Origin: Lama glama
Lineage: Eukaryota
DNA length: 64,000 nucleotides
Direction: 5' to 3'
Assembly: GCA_028534125.1 (NCBI GenBank)
Contig: CM052817.1
Location: 27,530,001 to 27,594,000 of the forward strand
The notes beneath the pieces were generated by a model. The model was not told where the DNA came from. It made no database searches and saw nothing but the letters and a program-made list of their open reading frames with translations. How positions within the stretch are numbered: position 1 is the first letter of the stretch; each line of letters starts with the position of its first letter. The translations under genes and the position numbers were made by a program. Shown here one piece after another: positions 38,301 through 51,900 of the stretch.

Positions 38301-38951
38301 ATGTCTGTAATTAAACTGATAAGACTCTCAATTGACTGTATACAAAACCAGATACATACTTTTTTATTTTTACAAATTGAGAACACATTAACTGTAAAAG
38401 CTTGATAGGAACAGTATCTCAAAAAAATGGGGTCCTTGTAGGAAAGAAATAATGAGAGATCTTTGATTTCTCTGACGAATTTTTGGGAACTACTCTTTCA
38501 ACTATCATCCTATACTCTTTCCTAAGCAATGGAGCTGATGAAAGCAGTACGAAAGACTATCTTGGTATTTGAAGGCTAAATTATTCTGTCCGAGATGACC
38601 ATTGTGGGATTAAAAGCTGTTCTACTTAATGCTTCCAGGTGGCCTAGATTTCAATTTCATTTAACAAATGTTTCAAATATTTTATATTCTTATCCAGTAG
38701 AAATAAATGAAAAAAAAGTTTTTCACTATTTTCTTTGTGAAAAGAACTGTGAGCTTTAAAAAATGAAAGTTGACTTTCTTCTTTACAGATTTTTTTTTAA
38801 ACTTTATTTTATAAAGTATATCAGTAAAACAAAAGCCACTGAACACATTTCAGCAGATACCATTTCAGATTTGTATGGTTGGACATAATCATAGCCTATT
38901 TTGCAAAGAGCTTGGTGAATTTTAAATGTTTTCCTTAATTGTTTTCTTCAG
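35364..38951 (+). other. TMEM33: U12-type (minor spliceosome) GT-AG intron
   Basis: 5' splice site GTATCCTTT; branch site TTCCTTAAT at 38931-38939, just upstream of the AG. Confidence 0.9.
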
Positions 38952-39019
38952 TGAGTATTTTCCCAGTCTTGTTATTCTCTTTGCTTCATGCTGCTACATA
39001 CACCAAAAAGATCCTTGAT
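38952..39019 (+). CDS. TMEM33: TMEM33 coding exon 4 (MSIFPVLLFSLLHAATYTKKILD)
   Basis: ttcag| acceptor, GAT|gtaagt donor; 68 nt; the Met codon is split A|TG. Confidence 0.97.
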
Positions 39020-39670
39020 GTAAGTAGAACTATTCTGATTTTTGGTTTTGTTTTTGACTCCTGGATTTACAAATAGTTGACACAAATTTGAGTTCTAAGA
39101 CATTTGGGCATTTGTCACAAAAAGTTTCTGTATTCCTTACAAACTTATTCTAGTAATTTGAATGTTTTAGAATTTTTTGTTTAACTTTCAGTAAAATAGT
39201 ACATTTTTAAAATAAGAGATTGTATTTAAAATTATCCCCCAGTTCCTGAAGAAATTTATAAAGTTTGAAATAGATCTCATTATTTAAAAAAAAAAAGTCA
39301 TACCTGTTGAGTTTGGTAAGTTGTCAGAGATCTCTTGTTCCATCAGTAATTTTAACATACCAGGTAAGTAGAGTGTGCCGAATTTCTTTTACACTAATGT
39401 TCAGAATTGCTACTTTCCTAAAATTTTTTATTTCTGGATCATTGGATCATTAAGCCTAACTTCAGTGTGCAGGCAGATTGACTATATATGCACTGAAATT
39501 TGAATTAAATATCCAAAATTTGGTGCCTTTTTCGTTATCCCTATATTTCTTGGGTCACAGTAATTGGACTCCTTAATTTCTACCTTTAATTAACTAAGGA
39601 ATTGCAAATACTTTAACTGTATTTCTGGGTACCTAGATTTTGTTGCATTTGAAGAGAAATAACCACAATA

Positions 39671-39856
39671 TTTTGTGAAATAATCTAATCTTTCATAAGA
39701 AAAACAACATCTATGAATGAAAGGACCTTTTATTAAAGTTGTTTCCTTTTTTAACTCTTCAATTTTTTGTGAAATAATCTAATCTTTCATAAGAAAAACA
39801 ACATCTATGAATGAAAGGACCTTTTATTAAAGTTGTTTCCTTTTTTAACTCTTCAA
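39671..39856. repeat. Perfect 92-bp direct tandem duplication (2-nt spacer)
   Basis: 39671-39762 is identical to 39765-39856. Confidence 0.9.
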
Positions 39857-40026
39857 ATACAGAAAGTAGAATATAGCAGGAAAATACATTAACTTTTGTC
39901 CATAAATAGTTTGTAAATTTTTATGTCATTGTATTCAAATAATTATCTTTTGGTTGTATTGTGTATTGTATATGCTGTTTATCTAAAGTAAGAAAATAAC
40001 TGAGTGATCAAAAATGCTGTTACTTC

Positions 40027-40155
40027 TTTTTTTTTGGAGGTGAGAGATAGGTTTTTGTTTGTTTGTTTGTTTGTTTTTAATGGAGGTGCTGGGGATTGAA
40101 CCCAGACCTCATACATGCTAAGCAAGCACTCTACCACTGAGCTATACCCTCCCCC
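40027..40155 (-). mobile_element. tRNA-derived SINE (camelid-type) near the exon 5 acceptor
   Basis: Reverse-complement SINE; TSD CAAAAATGCT(AT)GTTACTTC at 40009-40026 and 40156-40175. Confidence 0.9.
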
Positions 40156-40200
40156 CAAAAATGCTATGTTACTTCTAATGTTTGTTTTCTTATGTTTTAG

Positions 40201-40334
40201 GCAAAAGGTTCTAATAGCTTACCTCTGCTGAGATCCATCTTGGATAAATTAAGCGCTAATCAACAGAATATTCTGAAATTCATTGCTTGTAATGAAATAT
40301 TCTTGATGCCTGCTACAGTTTTTATGCTTTTTAG
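40201..40334 (+). CDS. TMEM33: TMEM33 coding exon 5 (AKGSNSLPLLRSILDKLSANQQNILKFIACNEIFLMPATVFMLFS)
   Basis: ttttag| acceptor, AG|gtaaga donor; 134 nt. Confidence 0.97.
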
Positions 40335-43300
40335 GTAAGAATAAAATAAAATACATTTGTTTTAGGAGGCTGATGTCTAAGCGAACGTAATAAATGTATA
40401 AAGTCACATTTTATCCTGCTTGAATCTGCTGAATAGATACTGTAAGCAGAGCTGAATGAATTTAGAGTCATCTTTTCATGTGATAGTAGAGAGCCTGAGA
40501 CGTTATATTAAACCTAGGAATTTGTCTTATTTACCATTCCTTGTGATTTATCACTGAACATTTTGAAAATTGATTTCAGAATAACTGCCTTTGAAACAAT
40601 CTTGGAAAGGCTAGTTTAGTCCATTCTGACATTGTTGAGATGATTTTTTCCCATACTAGAGAAAATTCTGAAAAATTAGGATCTGGTATTAATAGTTGCT
40701 TGCCACCACCTCCATATTTTGTTTGTATCTTAATTATAGAAGGAATGCATGAATAAAGAAAGCCTTCCTTTTAAAAATTAGAACATTAGGATAGTATTGA
40801 CCTCTCCGTCTATGTTCTTGCATTTAAGTTTTAAAACATTTCTGTCCAGATTATTGTTTTTGAGTTTTCAGTTTCTCAAGTAATAGGACATTATAGATAA
40901 AAGCTGAAGTATCACTTGACTAAGAATCCTAGTTGCAATTCTGTCCTCTCCTTCCCAGAGGCAAGGAGGTTGATATGTGTACATGTATGTCATTCTTTTA
41001 AAAATACTTACTCAGGTAGAAAATATATATTATTATTTTATGGGTATGGGGCTTTGTTTAGTTTTTACATCAGAAGCATCATAATACATCAGTTGTCTGC
41101 ATCTTGCTTTTTTCATTTATACAGTATGTTTTTGTGGTTTATTTATATTGACATTCACAGTTCTGGCTGTATAGTGTTCCATTATATTAGTATACTATAT
41201 TTTATTACCCATTCCCCTATTGATGGCCATTTGTTTCCAGCTTTTTACTTTTCCAAATGTTGCTGCAGGAAACTTTTTTTTTTCACTTGTCTATACTTTT
41301 GAATTAGTCTGTACTTTTGCTGAGTCTAAGATAAGCACATTTTTATATTTAATAAAACATGCCAAATTGGCCTCTAATATGTCTGAATTACCTGTTTTCC
41401 ATAATCTCGTTAATTTGTAATAAACTTATTTTTGTCTTTGAAATATTTCATTTTAATGTTCTTTGCATTGGTTAACTAGTGAGGTTTTTAACCTGACAGT
41501 TACTTCTTTCTTTAGGAGTCTTTAAGCTAGTAATAGTTTCCTCTAGATTTCCTCATAAATGTACCTATATCATTCTTTGTTTTTTAATATTAATTTAATT
41601 TTTTTATTGAAGTATAGTCAGTTACAATGTGTCAATCTCTGGTGTATATATTCATACATCAGAGTCATACATATACATATATATATTTGTTTCCATATTC
41701 TTATTCTTTTTCATTAAAGGTAATTAGGTATCATTCTTATAAATAATATTTTTCTCTGAAAACTCCAGGATGACCCCATGATGCTTAAGTCACAGGGTTC
41801 CAAACTAGGTAATATATAATTAAGGCCCTGGAATGATAAAATGGAAAGACTTCTTACTTGGTGTTAGGGAGCTGGATTCTGGTTGATTTGACCATTAACT
41901 TATTCTTCTAGGCCTTGATTTTCTACATTTAAAAGACTAGTAAGTTGCTGAAATAAGTAATTGCCTAGATTCCTTCCAGTTGGAACATTCCATGAATATT
42001 GAGTATAGGGTTTGATGCAGCTGTATTTGTCAATTATTCTACTTTAAAATTTTCACCCTAAAGGTTAACTCATCTCTTTTTTTGTGATCCTGACCATACA
42101 CTTAAACATTTTTATTGGTAAAAGGAACCTCTTGCCCTCTTACTTTCTTGTTCATGTTTGTTTCTTGGGTCACATGAGGTTCTGTGATTTGTTTCATGTA
42201 CCTGGGTGAAAGTTAAAATGTAGCTACCAAAACTAGTTCTTTATGTGGAGATAATTTATGTCTATAGGTGAAACCTCCAGATTCTGTTTAATAAGCACAA
42301 TAATTTATTCTCCTTTTAAGTAAGCTTAAGAGAATTACAATGAAATGCCAAGATGCCATGCACACTTAAATAAAAACCTCATTTTTGGAACTGCAGTGTA
42401 TTTTTTGTTGGAGTACCAAGGTTTGACTATATTAACTCAATTATGCTACTTAATCTTTTATTTGACACTTACTATGAACAAAGTGATTTTAATTTTCAAG
42501 ATTATTGTAAAGGAAATGAGAATTTACCAAAAATATTTAAATAGAGGGATCACATTGTTATTCTAAAAAATTAAAATAAAGTTATAAAGTTTTATTCACT
42601 CCCTAACAAGAAAAGATAGTAATGCTTCAAGTTCGTTACTTGAACGCAACACAGACTATAAAATTAAAAGCAATTTCAAGCCATTGTTCCTTAAATATTA
42701 CCCTTCATAGGAGAAGCACAGTCTAATATTAGAAGGCTTTATTAAGTTATATTTTTAGCAATAATGTGTAGAGCTCTGTATTTAAAAGAGAACATAGTCT
42801 ATGAGTTTATCTTACATATCCACGCACACATGTACAAAGACGAATAAAAGGATGATCGTTGTAGCTTTATTCATTAGTAGAGAGCTTGTTACGTAATAGT
42901 GCATGCATAATATAGACTATCTGAAGCTGTAAAAATATGAGATAAGTTATGTGTTGTGAAAGGGGATGATCTCTAAGATATAATACGTTTAAAATTTGTT
43001 GGAAACTAGGTAAGGTGCTCCCCAATTATTTTGGGGTATATACGTTTAAAGGCATATATACGTTTCTTTCTGTGTCAGTTTCTTCATATGTAAGGTGGGT
43101 ATGATAATACCACTTCCCTCCTAGGGTCGTTAAGTGGATTCAGTGAATGACAAAGTGAGCACTATGTTTGTGTTAGTCATTATAAACACTTTGTGTAAAT
43201 TTCTGGAAGTATATATTAGAGACTGTGCTGTAACTTTGAAGAAAGAACTAACTTGGATGATGGAAAATTTATTTTTCATTGAATATTCTTTCCTATTTAT

Positions 43301-44231
43301 GTTTTCTACAATATGTGTATTTTTCAATTTAAAGAGTTAAAGATTATCACATGATTTGGGGGGAAATGGATATAGCAATATTATAAGTTTGTAATCGTGT
43401 ATGTTATTTTTATTATGAGAGCAGTACCACACAGTTTAGAGGGAGAAGGCTAAAAATATTTAACCTAAAAAACAAACCACATTTAGCATCTTAATATATT
43501 TCTCCCCCATCTGAAGTTTTAATGATAGGTATAGCTTTATATTCTACTTTCTTCAAAGTTGCTATATGATTTTCATAATCACGATCTTAAGTAGTTGCAT
43601 ACTGAGTCCATCAAATAAACATAATTTACTTAGCCCTGCTACCGAACTATCCATATTAGTTTATTGCTGCATTTTATTTGTAGTTATTTTAGTGAATGTT
43701 TTAATGTAGATAGTTTTTCCTAGGAAAGAATTCCAGACTTAGAATTTCATAAGCATATATGACCCCTGAAGTATTGTGATTTTGATTTTTAACCAAGAAA
43801 AGTAAGTAGTATAGTATAAGCTGTGCAGGTTTACAAGTGAGCCTGTGCAGTTTTATTAGTTTTTCTTGTTTATTTATATAAAGTGAACTACTGTTCATTT
43901 AAAATATATTATGAAGTTTTAAAACTTGATTATCAGTTATCAATGGTAGTTGTTGAAACATTTATTATTTATATAATAGCTTTAAAAAACTTAAAAAATA
44001 ATTTATACATGAATATATATTTATAAAATTTAAACAGTAGTATTTTATTCTTTACCAATCATATACATTCATTTATTTCCTTTTTAAAAATAACTTGGAT
44101 TTAGATATTATAGCTATTACTATGACCATTTGATGAATAAAGACACACATTCTCCAATTAAATTGCCTTTAAGTATGAGAATATACATATGAATTGATAA
44201 CATGTATTTATTGCCTTCATGTTTATTTCAG

Positions 44232-44315
44232 TGGTCAAGGAAGTTTGCTCCAGCCTTTTATATATTATAGATTCCTTACTCTTCGATACTCCTCTCGAAG
44301 AAATCCATATTGTCG
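44232..44315 (+). CDS. TMEM33: TMEM33 coding exon 6 (GQGSLLQPFIYYRFLTLRYSSRRNPYCR)
   Basis: tttcag| acceptor, CG|gtaagc donor; 84 nt. Confidence 0.97.
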
Positions 44316-46044
44316 GTAAGCTGATTAGTTTAAATCTGTTTTATTTATCAAGACAATTACAAAATATAGTATTTGTAACTTTTAAGAGTTGTTTAACTTT
44401 TATGTTAGAATTTAGAAGCAAACAGTGTTTATATATTTAAGTTCTAGGCCATAGAACGATTGACAAGATGATTGTATTTCTCCTACCTCTAAAACAGTGC
44501 TATAGCTTAAGGAATTTAGAGATGTGTAAGAGATGAGTCCAATTCTCAAGGAACTTTTCTAGTTGAAGAAACAAAAACACATGTCAGATAATAAAAAAGG
44601 AAGAAATAGTTCAGGATACAGTATTCACATGTCAGTCTATGAATTGTCACGTTTGCTCTATCGTATCAGTACAGTATTGTCCACAAGAGGGGAGAGATCA
44701 TTGAGCCAGAAGATGGAACAGCCCGGAAAAGTTTCACAAAATAGAGGTTTTAATTTGTTCTGGAAGGATTAAAGCCTTTTAACAGACAGAATAGGAAAAA
44801 GCATTTTAGGTAGGAAAATAGTAGGGCACAAGTTCAGAGGCAGGAAGGTGAAAAGCAGAGTAAAAGGGGCATTGAATGGACCTATTTAACTATAAGGGAA
44901 ATTCTGAATGGTGAGTGGTCAGAACAAAGATTTAAAAGGTATATTGAAGCTATATCATAAAACTTCTTGAGTTTCTGAGTAAGAATTTTGGAACTTTTTA
45001 GATGTGTAAAAATGATTGTTTTGACATGATCACAATATTCTTCTGATAGCCTTGTGCAGAATTGTTTGGAATGGGAAAATAAAGAAGCAGAGAAATATTT
45101 TAGTAAATTGCTATAATGTTCAGGAATGGAAACTTAAATTAATATACAATAAATTATGCCTTCTGATCTCAAAAGTTAGAGGAAAATTGAAATGAACAGC
45201 TTTTTAAAAATAGTTTCTTAAATGTTATTCAGATACTAACGTTAACATAGTTTTTGTTTTCTCACTTAAAATAAACTCATCATGTAGTAGAATTCAGCCA
45301 GAAATCGAGTGAGTGTATTAGCATCATCTCTGTTATATTTTTCACAAGCAAAGTAAAAACTGAATTTGAATGCTGGCCCATCTTCTGTCAAGTGTGTGGC
45401 TTTAGGCGAGTTATTTAAATTTTAATTTTTTCACTGACAGGAAGAAGCCTCCTTCTGGAGGTGAAATGAAATAGTGTTTATAAAAGCACTTAGATTCTAT
45501 TTGGTTTTTAATAGTTTATTTTCCCTTTTTTATGATTCTGATTTACCTCCTTTAAAGGGGTTTTTATGCTCTACAATGTCTTTTTTATAATACTTTCTGA
45601 AATAGATTTTACTTTCTTTAGACATAGGTTCTTATGGGGAGTCCCTAGTTGAAAATAAACCTTTAATTTTACCTGACTCCAGAGTTTCCCCCCCTTTTTT
45701 TTTCTGTTCTGTGTATTCATTTTAGACATTATATTCTGGTCCCCTACCCTGGCATCCAGTTTTCATGAGCAGATTTGTTTTTCTCTGCTTCTTTATATCC
45801 TCTTCTCTATTCCCATTTTCTCCACATATCCTTAAATCATACCAGCACATACAGAAATACAGAAGTGTTCAGTGGAATAAAGACAGAAAGGAAGGCAGTT
45901 GATCAAGATAACACAAATATGTGCTGGTAAACCTCTCACATAAGCATGCATTTTAATCAAAATGGTGGAAAGGTAATGGAAAATATTTGGGTTTATAAAT
46001 ATTGATAAGCAGACTATAAAACTACATTTTCTACAGTATACTTT

Positions 46045-46670
46045 TTTTTAAACCTTTATTGTGGTATGGTTCCTGTACAGTAAACGACACATATTTCAAA
46101 TGTACAATTTGATGAATTTTGATAGATGTATACACCAGTGAAACCACCACCACAATCAAGATAGCTAACATTTCCATCTCTCCCCAAGAGGTGCAATTTT
46201 CAAATTCCCAATTTATCCCTCCCCCTCCTTCCCCCCCCGTAACCGTAAGTTTATTCTCTATGCCTGTGAGTCTGTTTCTGTGTTGTAGATAAGTTCGTGT
46301 CCCTTTTTTTAAGATTCCACATATAAATGGTATTATGTGGTATTTTTCTTTCTTTCTGCCTTACTTCCCTTAGAATGACAGTCTCCAGGTCCATCCATGT
46401 GGCTGCAAATGGCATTATTTTATCCTTCTTTGTGGCTGAGTAGTATTCCATTTTATACACGCACGCACACACACCACATCATCTTTATCCAGTCATCTGT
46501 CAGTGGACATTTGGGTTGTTTCCATGTCTTTTGTTATTGTAAATAGTGCTGCTGTGAGCATTGGGATTTGTGTCTTTTTGAATTACATTTTTCTCCAGAT
46601 ATGTGCCCAGGAGGATTTTATGATAACTCTATTTTTAGTTTTTTAAGAAACTTCCATACTACCCTCCAGA
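46045..46670 (-). mobile_element. L1 3' region fragments in intron 6
   Basis: ORF 46251-46472 (MEYYSATKKDKIMPFAATWMDLE) is the L1 ORF2 C-terminal motif. Confidence 0.85.
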
Positions 46671-48861
46671 ATGTAAATATATTGAGTTTTGAGACAGTCT
46701 ATATAGCCAGTTTGTACCATTTTCACCTATCATGATATTTATTCTCAAGTTAGTAGTACCAGTCCTTTGTTCATGTATAGTATAGATTGTCCACAGCTGT
46801 ACTGTTCAGTAGAGCAACCACTACCCACTTTTGACCATTCCAGTTTAATTAAATTCATACAATTTAAAGCTCAGCTCCCGAGTCACATACCATGTTGCAA
46901 GCATGGCTGATGGCTGCTGCACTGGACAGTAGACAGATAGATATTTTCATCATCACTGAAAGTTCTGTTGTCAGTGCTGCTCCGAAGGAACTCTGTGACT
47001 TGGTCTAGTTTATGCCGTGGATGGAGCCAAGAATAAAAAAACTAGGCATGCGACTTTAGACATGCGTTGACCTCATTAGGCCTCTTCTGTAACCTGAGGG
47101 GGTTTGACTAGAGTGTTTTCAAGGTGCCTTTTAACTTTATTCATTAGACTCATTTATTCTGAAGACGGTGATTGTTGATGATAGTAAGTTTATGCAAGAT
47201 TGAAATACCTGCTTTCTAGGGACTTGGAGCTGAGTGAATTAGATAGCTGTATAAGTCAATATGATAATGCAGGTGCTTTGAAAGCACAGAGAACAGAGGG
47301 AGATGGATGAGAATTCACTGAGCAGGTGGTAATATAAGCCAAGTCTTTTGAAGTCTGTATTCTGGCATGTGGGTGCCTGAATATGCTTACCATACCAGGA
47401 GTTACATGTCACTTGACCTGAGCAAATACATAGGAAAGTAATAAAGACCTGTGCCCAGAAAGATAGACAGGAACTAGATCACAAAAAGGGTTGGATTTTA
47501 TTTCAAGTAGGAAGAGCATTTGAAGTTTAATGTGGAGAGGTTGAGAACATAGTAGGATCTGATTTAGAAATACGATTCCAGAAGATGGATTTCAGGCTCA
47601 TGAAAAGGAGAAAAAGACCAATTTGGAGACTGTTAGAGTAGTCCAGAGCCTGAACTAATTCAGTGGTAAAGGAAAAAGGGGATAAATTTGAAAGATATTT
47701 AGGAGGGCAGGAACTTAGGGCTTAGGGAAGAAGAATGAGATAAAGAAGACCTCCAGGTTTCTAGCCTGGAAACCTTAGAAAGTCATGAGTAGTGGGGCTG
47801 TCACAAAGTTAGGACATACAAGAGGAAGAGTAGGTTTTTGGATAAATGTGCATCTTTCTAAATTTCCTTCCTGTTTTTGTGTGAGAGTGTATTACATCCT
47901 TTTTTAAAGCAGATTATTGCCTATTATTAACCATTAAAATAACACAGAGGATACAAAAAGGTAAAAGTTGTATCTTTATATAGGATGAGTCAGCACATAA
48001 AAACTATGAATAGCCAAATTACACTTGATGATTTTTCAAAGTACTTAGAAGTTATAGTACAGCATACATGATTTTGTATCTGCTAGCCTGTACAATGTGT
48101 GATGTGTGTGTGATTTACAGTATGTAATGAACAGTACTTTGTAAGTGACTAGCACAGTTAAGGCAAAGTCCACAACCTGTTTGGGTCCAAACACGCAACG
48201 TAACTGGAACATGGGCATCATGGCAGAGGCTGGTAGGAGATGCAGCAGAAAGTTCGAGACTAGATTACTAGATTGTGGAGGGCATTGGATGTTGAGGAGG
48301 TGGGATTTAGTCTGAAGGCAAACAAGAGCCAGTTTGAGGAGTAGAGTGATCCAGTTGGGAGATAACATTTATTGAGCATCTTCTCTGCTGTCTCATTTAA
48401 ACTTCACTATGACTGCAGTAAGTACATATTCCCATTTTTCAGACAAGGGAAGCTCTAAGAGGCAGTATGTTCTTTTAAGGAAATAGTAGGTGGGATTGCT
48501 CATGTTATATAATTTTCACTTTCTTGCTCTCTTTCTTACAACTAGTTGAATTTGCCTGAGTTAAGTGTGAAAATGGTATGACTCAGCTGCAGAGAAGATA
48601 CGAATCATCCCTAGTCTCAGCCCTCAGAGAGAGCCATTTATTAAATGCTTCTGTTAGGTGAACTCCCCCTCCCACCCCAAAAGAAACAGGTGTTGATTTT
48701 GAGAATTTTGTGTGTTCCCTACAGGGCATCCTGGCTATTTTTTTTTTTTTTCGCTTCTTCAAATTCTTTAACGGCTATAGGAAAGTCTTTCATTGGCATC
48801 TGCTCTTACATTATGTTGCTTTTTTATTGGGTTTCTGAAAGAAAACTCTTTGATCTTGCAG

Positions 48862-48991
48862 GACCTTGTTCAATGAACTGAGGATTGTTGTTGAACATCT
48901 AATAATGAAACCTGCTTGCCCACTGTTTGTGAGAAGACTTTGTCTCCAGAGCATTGCCTTTATAAGCAGACTGGCACCAACAGTTGCATAG
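48862..48991 (+). CDS. TMEM33: TMEM33 last coding exon (TLFNELRIVVEHLIMKPACPLFVRRLCLQSIAFISRLAPTVA*)
   Basis: ttgcag| acceptor; TAG at 48989-48991; exons sum to 744 nt = 247 aa + stop. Confidence 0.97.
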
Positions 48992-51900
48992 TTTAACATC
49001 CAATTAAGTTATATATAATATAAATAAGCATTATTAGCTGCTGGTACTTCTGCTAGGGGTGGTTAATTCCAGGTGTAAAACTGACCTCAATCTAATTTAC
49101 ATAATTTACATAAATGCATCTCAGTAGAAAAATAATCATTTTCCTAGCATGTTAAATCAAGCCTTTTAAATACTTTGTGAGAAAATTTTATTGTACTGTG
49201 TTGTTCATGGTTAAGGAAGTTTGGATCTGTGATAAATGTATCAAAAATTCTTTAGACGCTGCTATGCCTCTATCATGAAATACATTTATTTCTCATGTAA
49301 AAATAGCTCTAAAATTTGTTTCAATCTAATTGGTATCCTGAATTTATATCTGAGTTAATTATGGTAATATTAACATGTAAATTCAGTATATTTTGAGACA
49401 GTATTCTTTTGCCGTTCAGTAATTTTGGTTGATGATTTTAACAAAAACACTTCCCACTATATTTCAAATTGTTTTAAATTGATTTTGTGCTGCTTTGTTG
49501 AGACAGATTTATGTTGGATGTACCATTATAAGAGGAATTCTATATGTATCTCATGCTATGACCTTCCAAAATTTTACCTTTATAATTACTTCTGTGAATA
49601 TCTTTTTTAAAAGGCCTAACCATAAGCTTGTTAGCCAATTGGGTAAGTATTTGGGGTCACTTAAGCATTTTACATCAGAGAGCAGTAGGCAGACAGTTTT
49701 CCTTTCAGAGACCCATTGAGTAACATTTCTCAAATAGGAAATTCTTCTTTTAGAAATGTGGATACATAGGTTTTAGTACTATTGTAGTTTACAGAGTTAC
49801 TTAGATCAGATTCTTGACTGCCAGTTTTCTCAGTTTCTTAGGCTTGAATTTTCATAGACAGGTACATCAATTCAGATGTCTTTTGAAAGGAATGTAATTG
49901 AAGATTGAGTGACTGACTCAACTTAGTATCTGTCCTGAAATAATGAAGATTATACTTACCCATCAAATCTGATTTAAAAGATTAAATAGGAAGATTTATA
50001 GGTAAGGTTATTGATTAGGAATGGGGCTGGAGGAGGAGTTGTGGAGGAAATTGTGTACATTTCAATTTCTTAATGTATAGATAAATTTGGGGAAATGGGA
50101 TGTATTACGCAACTGTGATTTGAGTTGTGTAATATGTTAAGTCCGTTTGTTGAGCTTCCGTCAAACTCCTTTATAAAATTCATTCTGATCTTTATTACTG
50201 TTGCATGATTGGAAATGTTTAAAACATTGCAAAATGTTAGTACAGAGTAATGTAATGGTTTCTGTAACCTGTTTTCTTCTGTCTGCATGTAACTTGGATT
50301 TCTCATATATACTCGGTGACTTATCAGTAGCATCAGTTTTTGTTCAGCTTTTTGATTATAGAAATGTGATACCTACTTGATAGCTCAACTGTAACCAGCT
50401 ATTTTTGTATTTTTGTAATATTTATCTTCTAAGCTAGAGAAGCAGCCTCATGATATAGTTGATTGAGTGTGTGTGTGTGGCTAGTCTTCATTATCACTAT
50501 GTATATAATCTGATGGTTTTAAAAACTAAATTTTCTAGAGCAATAAAATGACTGTAATGTTAAGTAAACAACATATTACTGATGTCTAATGATGTTTTTA
50601 AAATTTTGAATTATCAAGAAATTTTGGCAGCTGAAGGCACGTTTATTTTTTAAGTTACTAGTTTTTTGTTTGTTTTCTACAATCTTTTTCTATCTTGAGA
50701 TAACTTTAGATTTATAGAAGAGTTGTGAAAAACAGTAAGGAGAGTTCCTGTATACCCTTTACTCAGCTTCCCCTTGTGTTAACATTTCCCACACTATACA
50801 ACGTTTACCAAAGCTAAGAAATCAACCTTGGAACAGTGCTATTAACTAAGGTACAGAAATGAGTAAGTTTTTCCATTTATTTTCTTTCTTTGTGTTTGTG
50901 TGCTCTCTTTTTGTCATTATTGTGTCTTTTAATGATCTATAAGTATGCTACTGTTTTGAGTTTTCCTCTTTATTTTGAAAATTACTGTTGGTCAAAAAGA
51001 TTTTCCTAAAGGAAATAATTCGTGTTGGTTTTAACAAAAAGAATTTAACATTAAAACTATTACAACTTAAAACACTCTGCTTCAAAAGTCAAGGCTTCTA
51101 TCACATCATGGGATTCGATTTCTGATATGCTCATGTTTGTTCTTTAAAGGAAGGCTTTATTTATAAATAAAATACTCCTAAACTCATGAAAAAAATAAAT
51201 CTTAGAATTTGAGCATTACTAGATCGTTTGCATGAACTTATAGTTGGAAATTCTGTGGTATGAATATTTACAACCAGCTGATTTGACATCTGAAATTATA
51301 GTGTAACTTGTATGTATACCTATCAAATTAAAATTAAGGAAATATAATAGCAGTATATAGAGTGAATGTACTAGGATAAATTATACTGCATAGTTCAATT
51401 TATTTTTACTTGCAGTTTTAAAAAAATGTTGATTTAACTAAGTTCAGAATATCTGATTCTTTAGGAGGTGTTATAATACTGTTCTTCTGGCATTTTTAGA
51501 TATTGAACCTTCTTGGGCAGGTAGAGGCCTCATACAAAACCTACTTTATTCTAACAAAAATTCTAGATCCCTTTTGTATACTTGATTCCTCATAAATTTT
51601 AACTCTAAATTTAATGTCAGTACACAGAGAAATTTCTTAAATAACAATTTGTATTTAAATTTTCTTGGAGAAAATTTCACCAAGGTAGATGCTTCTGGAA
51701 GAAGTAAGCAAGAAAGAAAAATAACTTTTTTTTTAAATTAAATTTAGTTATTTAGGAACCTCCCTTACAGGGAAAAATCAAGGCATTATTGAACCAGAAG
51801 TTCTGAAAATATTTATGAAGTCCTTTGTATAACTAAGAATTGTAAATCTATCGGAATACTTCATGAAAATCAAGATTGAAAATTCAGATTAGGCTTACAA

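Noticed and set aside
46251..46472. 73-aa ORF as an independent gene
   Set aside because: It is the L1 ORF2 C-terminal remnant.
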